NCBI GenBank assembly: GCA_050012475.1
Contig: JBEKHC010000043.1
Location: forward strand, 1-50,785
Reading direction: 5' to 3'
DNA from: Candidatus Velthaea sp.
Lineage (GTDB): Bacteria; Vulcanimicrobiota; Vulcanimicrobiia; Vulcanimicrobiales; Vulcanimicrobiaceae
Length of the DNA: 50,785 nt
Both the position numbers and the translations under genes were made by a program. A model generated the notes under the pieces. That model worked only from the letters and a program-made list of their open reading frames with translations, made no database searches and was not told the DNA's origin. Of this stretch, positions 9,624 through 19,473 are shown in pieces (positions within the stretch are counted from its first letter, which is position 1; every line of letters begins with the position of its first letter).

Positions 9624-9961
9624 GCGCGAACGGCTTCGGCGTCGCGTGTCCCGGTGCTGATCGTGTACGAGGCCGCAACGGGAAGAACGAAGATCTTGCC
9701 GTCGCCGAACGCGCCGCCGGCGTCGGTCCGGGCGGCGTGCTCGATCGTGTCGATGACGCGCTGCGCGTCGTCGTCTTCGACGACGATCATCAACATTTCT
9801 TTGGGCAGCTCGTCGTAACTGACTTCACCGATTCGAATACCGCGCTGCTTGCCGCGTCCGGCGACGTCGTATTTGGTCAAGGCCGGGAACCCGGCGTCGA
9901 GCAGTGCTTGAGCGACGGTATATGCTTTCTCGGGACGGACGATCGCTTGAACCATGACCAT
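9620..9961 (-). CDS. nifI1: PII-family nitrogenase regulator NifI1-like
   Basis: AIVRPEK...L.DAGFPALTK.DV.GRGKQRGIRIGEVSYDELPK...GAFGDGKIFV...YTISTG, characteristic of NifI1 (short T-loop); AGAGGT RBS upstream. Confidence 0.9.
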   Translation of the reverse strand: MVMVQAIVRPEKAYTVAQALLDAGFPALTKYDVAGRGKQRGIRIGEVSYDELPKEMLMIVVEDDDAQRVIDTIEHAARTDAGGAFGDGKIFVLPVAASYTISTGTRDAEAVRA

Positions 9962-10028
9962 GGCCGGTGGGGCACCTCTCGCAAACGGATTCGCGCCATC
10001 GTATCGCACGAACGATGGTATCGGTTAC

Positions 10029-10122
10029 AACATAGCGGTGCGGGAAATCGCAAACATTGTCCAAGCGGTACGCGTCCGTGCCGCTCGGCTCACCAATCGA
10101 CAAGTTGTTAGTCCGTCCTAAG
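10029..10122 (-). promoter_or_regulatory. conserved 94-bp element upstream of nifI1 (copy A)
   Basis: Aligns without gaps to 42344..42437(+), ~61/94 identical by hand, including GCGTACCGCTTGGACA; ends in -10-like TATGTT. Confidence 0.7.
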
Positions 10123-10181
10123 TAGCCTTCGGCGAACGGCCTTGGCCGCAGCCGAAGCCGGCTTCGGGGCGCAAGAACCTG

Positions 10182-10613
10182 CTAGGGGTGCTGCTCTTCG
10201 GCGTCGTGCGGGTTGCCGGGAAGGTTGCGCATCCAGTTCGCCATGTGCGCGAGCTCGGCGAGGACCTTGGAACGCGCTTCGGGATGTGCCACCGAATCTT
10301 CGAGCGCGCATCGCATGCAGTGCACCCAAGCGTCACGCTCGGCCTCGCCGATCGCGAAGCCGATATGGCGGCTGCGCAGTCGCGGAGGGCCTTTCTTCGC
10401 GGAATAGAGTTTCGGGCCGCCCAGCCACTCGCCGAGGTATTCCTTGAGCACTGCTTTGATCGTTCCGAGTTCGCGCGTGTGCATCGCCCGGATCGTCCGG
10501 GCTTCGGGAAACGTGTTCATTCGGGCGTAAAAAGCTTCCACCAATCGATCGACGCCGGCCGCTCCGCCGATGAAATCGAACAAAGAAACCTCACCCATCG
10601 TCGCTTCAATCAT
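10182..10613 (-). CDS. glbO: group II truncated (2/2) hemoglobin
   Basis: FDFIGG...RLVEAFY, WLGGPKLY, PRLRSRH..F.IG..ERDAW. Confidence 0.9.
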   Translation of the reverse strand: MIEATMGEVSLFDFIGGAAGVDRLVEAFYARMNTFPEARTIRAMHTRELGTIKAVLKEYLGEWLGGPKLYSAKKGPPRLRSRHIGFAIGEAERDAWVHCMRCALEDSVAHPEARSKVLAELAHMANWMRNLPGNPHDAEEQHP

Positions 10614-10769
10614 CTTCTCTCCCTTTGCTGCAACCTTCCATTTGGCGAACGCATGCGCGTGAATTCAGGATACCGTTCATTGACACGCAACCGAGCCGGA
10701 TGATAACGTGCCCATAGGGGGCTCGCGTTCGAATCGAGTTCCCATCCTGCATACTTTTTACCGCAGTGT

Positions 10770-10785
10770 CGGCGCGGCGTTTGCA
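10770..10785 (+). promoter_or_regulatory. sigma54-type -24/-12 promoter candidate for fdxN
   Basis: CGGCGCGGCGTTTGCA, GG-N10-GC with TTGCA, ~40 bp upstream of start. Confidence 0.5.
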
Positions 10786-10824
10786 GGTTTTCGGCGACAC
10801 GAGGCGTCCTAGGAGGGCTGCCAC

Positions 10825-11019
10825 ATGGCCTACAAGATCATTGCTTCTCAGTGCACGGTTTGCGGCGCTTGCGAATTCGATTGCCCAAATGCTGCTATTT
10901 CGCTCAAGCGCGGAATGTACACGATCAATCCCAAGCTGTGCACCGAATGCGAGGGTCATTTCGACTCGCCGCAATGTGCGACGCTCTGCCCCGTCGATAA
11001 CACCTGCGTTCCCGCCTGA
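10825..11019 (+). CDS. fdxN: 2x[4Fe-4S] ferredoxin, FdxN-like
   Basis: CxxCxxCxxxCP and CxxC-x8-CxxxCP; AGGAGG RBS. Confidence 0.9.
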   Translation: MAYKIIASQCTVCGACEFDCPNAAISLKRGMYTINPKLCTECEGHFDSPQCATLCPVDNTCVPA

Positions 11020-11182
11020 GCGAAGCGGCCGCGCGAATCCCGCGCTGACCGATTGTTCCGTGCCGTTCGTCCGGCTTGCGAGGCAAACGACAATGAGCGC
11101 TCGTTCGTCCGACTTTGCGGACGATCTGTTCGGGCGGTTTCGCCAAAGCCGAAACGCGGCGCACGGCGCGTACGTCTGTTCA

Positions 11183-11573
11183 TTAGAGAATCCGGAGCGG
11201 GGAAAAGCCGGGGTCCCGCCCGAGCACGGTATTTACGGCCCGGCGGACCGATTCGACGGTGAGCGGTTTGGCGGCAGTCGCGGACGTCGTCCGTGCACTC
11301 GGCCACGAGCAGCACCCTCGTCTGAGGAATTTCGCGGGCGATCTCGTCGAACACACCAGCACCGTGTTCGCGCACGACCGCTGAGCCGAGCACGATGAGA
11401 TCGACTTTTCGTCCGGCGGATTTCGCGATCGCTTCGGCGACGGTAGCGATCTCATGCGTTTCATTCTCGTCATGCAGCATGAACTGGATGGCCGCGCGCG
11501 TTATCTCGTCGCTGTCGATCACGAAGATGCGTTTGTTTTCCAGGGCGCGCGAAATCTCAACTCCGATCTGCAT
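11183..11573 (-). pseudogene. nif-associated single-domain response-regulator-like protein, frameshifted by small deletion
   Basis: Receiver-like N-part (KRIFVIDSDEITR...VDLIVL...RVLLVAE) in one frame; KPLTVESVRRAVNTVLG C-terminus in another frame ending 11183; break ~11285. Confidence 0.7.
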
Positions 11574-11629
11574 ACGAAACCCTCAAGAAGCCGCTAACGC
11601 TAAAGCCATTCGGTGAGAGCAAACGCACT

Positions 11630-11707
11630 CGGCTCGCGGCCAAACCGCAAACGCCACGGCGGCTCGGCGCAGCCCAACGCAAAGGATTCGGCGCAGCCGA
11701 AATGCAC
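11630..11707. repeat. REP-like palindromic repeat (family A, degenerate tandem)
   Basis: CGGCTCGCGGCCAAACCGCAAACGCCACGG...TTCGGCGCAGCCGAA. Confidence 0.5.
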
Positions 11708-12580
11708 TTAGCCACCGGCGGCCACGGCCTGCGCGGCAACCAGGCCGCGGCTGGTCTCAAGGGCCGCCGCGAAATCCTCCAGCCGCGTATCGATCCGCTC
11801 GATGTGCTGCTCGGTCAAGAAGCGCAGTTCGTTTCTGGTCGGCTGCTCGGGAAGCACGGCCCAATGCCTGGCCGATGAGCGTTTCATGATCTGCCGCGCG
11901 AAGATCCGATCGAGCTGCGTTGCGAACCGGCAGCCGAGGAACAGGAAATGCCGTCCGGTCCGCAGCTGCTGAACTCTCTCGGGAATCGGGGTTTGGATAT
12001 CGATCTCGGTGAGCACTTCGACGAAATCGGAATCGGACACCAGAAAATTTGCGGCCGGCGAGACCGATCCGAACGGCTGGTACAGCAGCGTATCCCACGC
12101 GGCGTCATCGACCGGTCTAGCGCCGGCTTCAAAGTAGTGCACCCAGCTCCCGAAGTGCTCCGCCTGGCTGACGCCTTGCGCGCTGCCCCAGCTCGTTCGA
12201 GCGGCCAGTGCGTTCTGCGGAAGATCGTCGTACCAAGCATGAACCAGCAGCGGAAGCACCGGCAGCGCGGCCAGCAAGCGGTGCAAATCGGTTGGGGGGA
12301 CGGACGCCCGGAACGCTTCGGTCATGGCCGATTTCACGGTCCGGCGGTGTTTGAAGTTTTCGATGAACTGTGCTGCGGCGGTGAGGTTTTTACGAATCTT
12401 GTGCGGCACGGTCGCCTTTGCGGTAAGCCGCTCTACGAGCGCCAGCGGCGAAGCGGGCAGCGGGCAGTTCTCGCCCGCCAGGCTGAGAAGCCCGGGACCG
12501 AGGTAGGGCACGGCGTGCCCACGGTCGAGTGCGGCAACGATTTCGTGCATCGTTTGAGTTGGCAAGACGAGTTCAGTCAT
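11708..12580 (-). CDS. nif-associated SIR2-like (SIR2_2) protein
   Basis: VPYLGPG at N-terminus, LVSDSDF, FLFLGCRF motif. Confidence 0.8.
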   Translation of the reverse strand: MTELVLPTQTMHEIVAALDRGHAVPYLGPGLLSLAGENCPLPASPLALVERLTAKATVPHKIRKNLTAAAQFIENFKHRRTVKSAMTEAFRASVPPTDLHRLLAALPVLPLLVHAWYDDLPQNALAARTSWGSAQGVSQAEHFGSWVHYFEAGARPVDDAAWDTLLYQPFGSVSPAANFLVSDSDFVEVLTEIDIQTPIPERVQQLRTGRHFLFLGCRFATQLDRIFARQIMKRSSARHWAVLPEQPTRNELRFLTEQHIERIDTRLEDFAAALETSRGLVAAQAVAAGG

Positions 12581-12637
12581 GTTTGCTCCGGCTGCTGCGC
12601 TTTCGCAGCGGCCCTAGAGGGCTGCGCTACGTGCAGC

Positions 12638-12693
12638 CCGTCGCGTTCGGGCTTCGCCCGAGCCGCCGTCGCGTTCGGGCTTTGCCCGAGCCG
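12638..12693. repeat. 2x28-bp tandem hairpin repeat (family C)
   Basis: CCGTCGCGTTCGGGCTT(C/T)GCCCGAGCCG x2; same unit at 21106. Confidence 0.8.
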
Positions 12694-12731
12694 CCCATGG
12701 ACTTGCGGCCGATCCGTTCGCTCGCATCGCA

Positions 12732-13883
12732 TTAGTAAATCGCCGACCCGGCGCCGACGTTCGTCGACGCATCTTTCAGCGTTCCAACCACGAACGCAAT
12801 TTGGTCCTCATCGAGATGGCCATGGAACGGAAGCGCGACGGCGCGGTCGGATATTTTTTCGGCCGTGATAAAGTCGCCGCGCCGGCAGCCCATCTCGATG
12901 TAGCAGGACTGAAGGTGCAGCGGCACGCTGTACGGCGCGGCCTGGATGCCTTCGGTCTTCAGATCGTCGACGATCGCGTCGCGGCTCGAGCGCGAGAATC
13001 GCGCTCCCAGCTGAGCGAGATACAAAAACCAGTGGATCTCGTCCACGCCCGGTGCAACATACGGATCCTTGATGCCCTCGAACGACTTGACGTATTTGAA
13101 GTACAAGCGTTCGGTGCGCTTGCGGCGGGCGAGGATGCCGTCGATCCGCCGCAGCTGTTCGAGGCCCAGCGCCGCGGCCACGTCGCTCATCACCGCCGCA
13201 TAGGGCGCCGAGGCACCGGCGACCTCCGAAGACCGCTCTTTGGTGCGGTGCGTCCGCAGACCGCGCAGCTGCGAGGCGATCGTATCGTCGTCGGTTACGA
13301 TCATACCGCCCTCGCCGCACACCAGCGGCCCGGGCTGCGAGAAATCAAAGACCGCGCAATCGCCGAAGCCGCCCACGCGGCGGCCTCCGTAGACCGAGCC
13401 GATCGCCTCCGTCGAATCTTCGATCAGCACTAGGCCGCGACGCCCGGCAAGCTCGCGGAACTCATTCCACGGAGCCGGATGGCCGTTGGCGTTACCGGCA
13501 ATGATCGCGCGCGTTTTCGGCGTGATCCGGGCCTCGGCTTTCTGCGGTGAAAGCGTGCCGGCCCAGTAGTCGATATCGGCAAAGCGAGGAGTTGCGCCGG
13601 ACAGGGCGATCGCGTGCGCGGCTTCACGCCAGGAATGCGGCGAGGCGATCACTTCGTCGTCGCGCCCGATGCCGTAGGCTTTGAGCGCGAGCAGCACGCC
13701 GAGTGTCCCGCTGGAAACCGCGATCGCGTGAGCGCGGCCCGTGTACCGGGCGAACGCAGACTCGAATTCCGCGGTCGCCGGACCGCCGCCGGACAGCTGC
13801 GGTGATTGCAGGACAGCCCCGACGGCCGCCAGTTCCGCGGTCGAGATGTCGGGGTCCGAGAGCAGGATCGCGGTTTGAATCAT
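12732..13883 (-). CDS. DegT/DnrJ/EryC1/StrS-family aminotransferase-like protein
   Basis: FE..FA.Y.G..HAIAVSSGT, LIEDSTEAIGS, GEGGMIVTDD, ALPFH; usual PLP-lysine position reads SQPGPL. Confidence 0.85.
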   Translation of the reverse strand: MIQTAILLSDPDISTAELAAVGAVLQSPQLSGGGPATAEFESAFARYTGRAHAIAVSSGTLGVLLALKAYGIGRDDEVIASPHSWREAAHAIALSGATPRFADIDYWAGTLSPQKAEARITPKTRAIIAGNANGHPAPWNEFRELAGRRGLVLIEDSTEAIGSVYGGRRVGGFGDCAVFDFSQPGPLVCGEGGMIVTDDDTIASQLRGLRTHRTKERSSEVAGASAPYAAVMSDVAAALGLEQLRRIDGILARRKRTERLYFKYVKSFEGIKDPYVAPGVDEIHWFLYLAQLGARFSRSSRDAIVDDLKTEGIQAAPYSVPLHLQSCYIEMGCRRGDFITAEKISDRAVALPFHGHLDEDQIAFVVGTLKDASTNVGAGSAIY

Positions 13884-14152
13884 GGCTTCGCGGCGACCAC
13901 GACGCCGGTTGCGCGAGCCGGGTCTGCCGTGAGGCGCCAACAATGATCGCTTGCGTCAACGAGATAGAGATTAAAGCGCTCGTAGACGCGAAACGGCGGC
14001 TCGACGCCGAGATCCGACACATCGCAGCGCGTCAGCGAGAGCTCCGGAAAATCCTGACGAAAGCCGGCCAGCCAGCCGGAGCCGGCATCCGGTCCGCCCA
14101 GCGCAGCGTCGATCTTCGTCAGCGCAGCTTCGTTCAACGCCACGTCAGTCAT
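13880..14152 (-). CDS. conserved nif-associated hypothetical protein
   Basis: 90 aa ORF coupled to neighbours; LTRCD.SD...YLVD..DHCW.LT.DP..ATG.V pattern. Confidence 0.7.
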   Translation of the reverse strand: MTDVALNEAALTKIDAALGGPDAGSGWLAGFRQDFPELSLTRCDVSDLGVEPPFRVYERFNLYLVDASDHCWRLTADPARATGVVVAAKP

Positions 14153-14363
14153 CGACGACCGCGAGACGGCGCGCTTCGACGGTGATCGGCAGTGTCGTCT
14201 CCGGGCTCATGACGGGCAGTTCCAATCGCCAACCGTTTGCCAGCGTGACCAGACCGCCCCACATCTGCGGCTTTTCAATGGTCACGATCGGCTCTTCGAG
14301 GTCTTTCTTGGCAATATATGCCGATAACGCGCCCTCGGCGTTCTTGCGGATCATGACTTTCAT
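14145..14363 (-). CDS. nifT: nitrogen fixation protein NifT/FixU
   Basis: MKVMIRK...LSAYIAKKDLEEP...WGG.VTLANGW...LPITVEA. Confidence 0.9.
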   Translation of the reverse strand: MKVMIRKNAEGALSAYIAKKDLEEPIVTIEKPQMWGGLVTLANGWRLELPVMSPETTLPITVEARRLAVVDD

Positions 14364-14373
14364 GCGGTATCCT

Positions 14374-14703
14374 TCATTGCCAAAATATCCGCTCGGGGTC
14401 GTTCTTCAACGAGTCGAGCAGATCGGTAAGCCGCGCGTTCGCGGTGTGCAGTTTCCAACTCGCGCTGGCATGGTCTTTGCAGTACATCCGCCACCGTCCG
14501 GAGGGCAGCCGCTGCAGCAACGCAACGTCGACCATTCCGCCGGCTTCGTCGACGCGCCGGGAACAGCACGGGCTCTCCACGAGGATCCCGTTGGACACCA
14601 TGCGCACCGACGGGCTCACGTAACGGTAGCGCTTTCGCTTATCGATCGCGCGCTCGATCAGTCTGCGCTCGAACTCGTTGACCTCCGGCAGCTCGAGGGT
14701 CAT
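14374..14703 (-). CDS. nif-associated DUF3024-like protein
   Basis: RKRYRYVSP.V...SPCCSR.VD..GG..D.A...DPERIFWQ. Confidence 0.7.
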   Translation of the reverse strand: MTLELPEVNEFERRLIERAIDKRKRYRYVSPSVRMVSNGILVESPCCSRRVDEAGGMVDVALLQRLPSGRWRMYCKDHASASWKLHTANARLTDLLDSLKNDPERIFWQ

Positions 14704-14939
14704 GCCGGTGCGAGCTCCCCCTCGAGGCAGCCGACCACGCGATTCGCACCGAACTCGACCAGATAAACGGGCGTGTTCGATTCCGTATGCGTGCCGACTT
14801 GCACGACTTCGCCGCTGTCGCCCTCTTGCACCAGCAGTGCCTCGGGCGGGCACTCCGGGAACGAGCCGTCGTTATAGAGATCGAGAAGCGCCTGCACGCG
14901 CTGTCCCCACTGAAATTTGGGGCCGACGGGCTCCATCAT
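14700..14939 (-). CDS. nifZ: NifZ family protein
   Basis: PKFQWGQRV.A..DL.NDGSFP...G..GEVVQVG...Y.VEF...VVGC.E.EL. Confidence 0.85.
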   Translation of the reverse strand: MMEPVGPKFQWGQRVQALLDLYNDGSFPECPPEALLVQEGDSGEVVQVGTHTESNTPVYLVEFGANRVVGCLEGELAPA

Positions 14940-15250
14940 TCCGCATCCTCCTCGGTGGCGGGTTTCGCTGCACTTTCCGAAGCCCAATCGGCTTCGAGTT
15001 CTTTGCGCTTCATGCCGACGCGGTAACCCCGGGCTGGGAAGTCCACGCCGTAGATGTAGAATTGTTGCAGAAACGTCCCGATGCTGACGACGTAGCCCTC
15101 GTCGCCCTTCTTGACGAGGACGTCACCGATGTCTTTACCGGGGAACGTTCCATCGTTGCGGATCGTGCGGCGCGAGCGCACGCGCGCGCCGTAGTCGTAC
15201 ACGGGCGGCCCGTCGAGCTCGACGATGTCGCTGTCGCGCGCGATGTTCAT
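14936..15250 (-). CDS. nifZ: NifZ family protein
   Basis: IRNDGTFPG...G..LV.KG..GYV.SIGTFLQQFYIY.VDF. Confidence 0.9.
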   Translation of the reverse strand: MNIARDSDIVELDGPPVYDYGARVRSRRTIRNDGTFPGKDIGDVLVKKGDEGYVVSIGTFLQQFYIYGVDFPARGYRVGMKRKELEADWASESAAKPATEEDAE

Positions 15251-15789
15251 TCGTCTTCTCCCGCAGCCGCGGCCGCCAGGACATCGAGGAGCACGCGCGC
15301 TCCGACCTTGTCGGATGGGTCGAGTTCGAGCAGCTTGCTGACGGCTTGATGCCCCTCTTCGAGATGCCCAACCCGCATTTGCAGATACGCGTACGCCTTG
15401 AGCGTGAACAGGAAAAATCGCGGCAGCCGGGCATCGTAGCTGCTGAAGTCGGCGTCTTCCGATCGCACGTGGCGCCAGTCCGCGTGCAGACCGTTCTCGC
15501 GAGCTGCCTTGATCAAACAGATTCGCGCTATCTCCAAAGCCTCGCGCAGTCGTCCCTTGTAGAAGTAAAACCGGTATTGGGCGATCAGCACCGCTGCGTG
15601 GTCGGGCGCGAGCGCTTTGGCGTCGCGAAGATGCTGTTCGGCGATCGTGCCGTTTGCGTACGACAGCGACGCATCGTAGAGATGCCGGCGCGCCTCAAAC
15701 GGGAGATCCGCGCCCAAGAGCGCGTCGGCAAGCCGAGCACTCTCGGTCGTTCGGGGGTCCCGCAGGAGGGTCTCGCCGGCAACGGTCAC
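15247..15789 (-). CDS. nif-associated TPR-like hypothetical protein
   Basis: Helical repeat pattern, YRFYFYKGRL..AL, KLLELDPSDKVGA. Confidence 0.7.
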   Translation of the reverse strand: MTVAGETLLRDPRTTESARLADALLGADLPFEARRHLYDASLSYANGTIAEQHLRDAKALAPDHAAVLIAQYRFYFYKGRLREALEIARICLIKAARENGLHADWRHVRSEDADFSSYDARLPRFFLFTLKAYAYLQMRVGHLEEGHQAVSKLLELDPSDKVGARVLLDVLAAAAAGEDE

Positions 15790-15793
15790 CGCT

Positions 15794-16165
15794 TTATCGC
15801 TTTGCGCTCGGGAATGTCCCGAGGCTTACCAGTTCCACGGTTGGACTCGACGACGTGCCGCACGACGAACCGCTGCTCTTCGGATCGCGGAAGACGAAGC
15901 CGGACTCGGTGGGCGAGTCGGCACAGTCGATCGTCACGCCCTCCAAGAGCAGGCGGCTTTCCACCGGCAGGAAGATGTTCAAGCCGTTGTGTTTCAACAC
16001 GGCGTCGCCGGCAAGCTGTTCACTCACGGTGTCGAATTTCGCTTCGAGCCCCGAGCAGCCGCCCGGACTGACTTCCAGACGAAACCCGCCGCCGGCCGGC
16101 ACATTGGCGAACCGGATCATGCGCCGGATGAACTTCTCGGCCGCCGGCGTAATCGCAATGTTCAC
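15794..16165 (-). CDS. hesB: HesB/IscA-family Fe-S carrier
   Basis: ITPAAEKF...FRL.V.PGGCSG...GF.F.DP; start codon (GTG 16165) uncertain. Confidence 0.8.
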   Translation of the reverse strand: MNIAITPAAEKFIRRMIRFANVPAGGGFRLEVSPGGCSGLEAKFDTVSEQLAGDAVLKHNGLNIFLPVESRLLLEGVTIDCADSPTESGFVFRDPKSSGSSCGTSSSPTVELVSLGTFPSAKR

Positions 16166-16173
16166 AGCGGCAC

Positions 16174-16398
16174 TTACACCGCCGCCTGGTAACGCGGCAC
16201 CGACGTATCGATGATGCACGTGTTGTCGACCGGGCAGGCCGCCACGCATTGGGGTTCATCGAACCAGCCGATGCATTCGGTGCACTTCTTGGGGTTGATG
16301 ACGAACGTTCCGTTCTTGGGGGTGATCGCCACGTTGGGACATTCCGGCTCGCATGCGGAGCAGGCGGTGCATTGTGACGTTATGATCTTATAGGCCAT
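16174..16398 (-). CDS. fdxN: nifB-linked ferredoxin FdxN
   Basis: [12 protein letters not shown]...CTEC...QC..ACP; GGAG RBS; directly after nifB. Confidence 0.9.
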   Translation of the reverse strand: MAYKIITSQCTACSACEPECPNVAITPKNGTFVINPKKCTECIGWFDEPQCVAACPVDNTCIIDTSVPRYQAAV

Positions 16399-16426
16399 TG
16401 AAAAGTAACTCCTGTGTTGGTTGAAA

Positions 16427-17995
16427 TTATGCGGCGGTAAAGGCGCCCTGGCGTAGATCGGCATCGCCGCGTTCGATGTGCTCGAGTTCGCCGCGCTGCA
16501 CCTTATCGAGGTAGTGGCGGAACCACGAGATGGCCGACTGCTCGATGAACTCGAGCGCGTATTCGTCGACGGGATCGATGCCGGCCGCCTGCAGCGTGTC
16601 TTTGGGGCAGCCGCCGATCTTGGCGACGAACACGGCGTGGCAGTCGTTGATCGCGCGCACGATCGTGGCGAGACTATCTTCTTCGCCGAAGCCGCCTTGG
16701 CAGTACAGATCGACGCGCCGGTGGCCGACGAACTTCGCGCCCGCCGTACTCAGTTCGTAGACCTGAAATTCTTTGGCGTGGCCGAAGTGCTCGTTGATCC
16801 GGCCGCTGCCCTTGGTGGCGACGGCGATGAGGACCTTGATATCGCTCATCTCGCCGGCGAGCGTTTCAAGTTCGGCTTGCCGAGCCGCAACCTTCGCTTC
16901 GCGTTCGTCTTCCACTTTGAGCTGATATGCCTTGCGCGTTTGGGAGTCGTACTCGACGTCCATCGCCATGATCTTCTCGGTGCTGAATTCAGCGCTGCGA
17001 TCTTCGCCCAACAGACCCACGGCGTCCGCCCGGCATTGCCGGCAGTGACGCATCATGTTCATCTCGCCCTCGCAACTGTCTTGCAGCGCCTTGAGCTCTT
17101 GAGCCGAAGGGCCGCGTTGACCGGTCAATCCAAAGACGGTTCCGTGCTCGGGCGCCGAGATCAACGGCATGATGTTGTGAAGGAATGCGCCGCGGGATTT
17201 CACCGCTCGATTTACCTCGACCAGATGCTGGTCGTTGACGCCGGGAATCATGACCGAGTTGACTTTGCAGAGAATGCCCCGCTCCGTCAGCATCTCCAGC
17301 CCCAGCAGCTGCCGTTCGCTCAGGATCCGGGCGGCCTCCACACCCGTGTAGCGCTTGTGCTTGAAGAAGATCCAAGGGTAGATCTTGGCGCCGATCTCCG
17401 GATCGACCATGTTGATGGTGATCGTGACGTGATCGACGTTGAAGGCTTTGATCGTATCGACGTGATCGGGGAGCATTAGGCCATTTGTCGACAGGCACAG
17501 CTTGATGTCCGGCGCAGTCCTGGCAATAAGCTCGAAGGTTTTGAAGGTCTTCTCGGGATTCGCGAGCGGGTCGCCCGGACCGGCGATGCCGAGCACCGTC
17601 ATCTGCGGGATCGTGGAGGCCACGGCGAGGACTTTCTTCGCGGCCTGTTCGGGCGTCAGCTTCTCGCTCACGACACCGGGGCGTGATTCGTTGGCGCAGT
17701 CGTACTTGCGGTTACAGTAGTTACATTGAATGTTGCAGGCTGGGGCAACCGCGACGTGCATGCGGGCATAGTGATGATGCGCTTCTTCGCTGTAGCACGG
17801 GTGGTTCTTGACCTTTTCCCAAATCTCGGGAGCAAGATCGTTCGCGCCGGCGCCCGAACCGCAACTAGATTTCCCGCTGGCGCCCTTGGTGCCGCAACCT
17901 TTTTGCTCGGCGACTTTCTGCATCATTTGATCCGGCGTTGGGATCGCGTTCAGACGAACTTCTGAGAAGTTCGATAGTCCGATCAACTCTTGCAT
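16427..17995 (-). CDS. nifB: FeMo-cofactor biosynthesis radical SAM protein NifB with C-terminal NifX-like domain
   Basis: [30 protein letters not shown] motifs; GAGGAG RBS before ATG 17995. Confidence 0.97.
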   Translation of the reverse strand: MQELIGLSNFSEVRLNAIPTPDQMMQKVAEQKGCGTKGASGKSSCGSGAGANDLAPEIWEKVKNHPCYSEEAHHHYARMHVAVAPACNIQCNYCNRKYDCANESRPGVVSEKLTPEQAAKKVLAVASTIPQMTVLGIAGPGDPLANPEKTFKTFELIARTAPDIKLCLSTNGLMLPDHVDTIKAFNVDHVTITINMVDPEIGAKIYPWIFFKHKRYTGVEAARILSERQLLGLEMLTERGILCKVNSVMIPGVNDQHLVEVNRAVKSRGAFLHNIMPLISAPEHGTVFGLTGQRGPSAQELKALQDSCEGEMNMMRHCRQCRADAVGLLGEDRSAEFSTEKIMAMDVEYDSQTRKAYQLKVEDEREAKVAARQAELETLAGEMSDIKVLIAVATKGSGRINEHFGHAKEFQVYELSTAGAKFVGHRRVDLYCQGGFGEEDSLATIVRAINDCHAVFVAKIGGCPKDTLQAAGIDPVDEYALEFIEQSAISWFRHYLDKVQRGELEHIERGDADLRQGAFTAA

Positions 17996-18036
17996 GCTCG
18001 CTCCTCGTCTTTCATCCATACTGACATTAGCGGAAA

Positions 18037-18052
18037 TGCAAGCCACGGGCCA
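18037..18052 (-). promoter_or_regulatory. sigma54-type -24/-12 promoter candidate for nifB operon
   Basis: TGGCCCGTGGCTTGCA on minus strand, close to TGGCACG-N4-TTGCW. Confidence 0.6.
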
Positions 18053-18472
18053 TTCGGTGAATCATTTGTCCAAAGCCTCAAAACATTGTATGGGCGCTCA
18101 ATACATGTCTAATCACCTTAGGATTATTAAGCTCAATATGAACTTTATGAGGAATTGCCCCTTTTGAGCACGGGTTACGAGTGGATGGAGAAAAGTAAGT
18201 AAAATATGAATAATACGGACAATTGCACTTGTCCGACGTTGTGAATAAGCGCAGCGAGAAACCCATGGCCCGATGTCGAGTGCGCCCATGACCCATGCGC
18301 GCTATTGTATGGACATCGTACATCCCCGATCCGGCACGAGCCGAACGTTATCCGCCTTTGCGGCGGCGTTGATACGGATGCGGATGTATGGCGGCTAGAC
18401 CGCGATTTATCAGCCTCGGCCCGCTAGGGGCAGTCGAAGCCAAACCCTTCATTCCAATTTACGGAATCATAA

Positions 18473-19384
<912 letters not shown>

Positions 19385-19399
19385 CTTGCGTGCCGAGGG

Positions 19400-19439
19400 C
19401 CGTTCCGCCGCCGCCTTTTGACGGCGAACTCCGGAACGG
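19400..19439 (+). other. nifH-nifD intergenic stem-loop
   Basis: CCGTTCCG...CGGAACGG with inner stem; possible mRNA stability/processing element. Confidence 0.45.
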
Positions 19440-19473
19440 TCCGATGCGCTTCTTTTATTAGGATAGGAACGTC

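Noticed and set aside
14700..15250. Tandem nifZ genes and multiple ferredoxins as a novelty
   Set aside because: Common in proteobacterial nif clusters
18117..18210. Third copy of the 94-bp element toward nifH (CTTAGGA...TATGAA at the same spacing)
   Set aside because: Internal conserved blocks are absent; could be chance in an AT-rich tract
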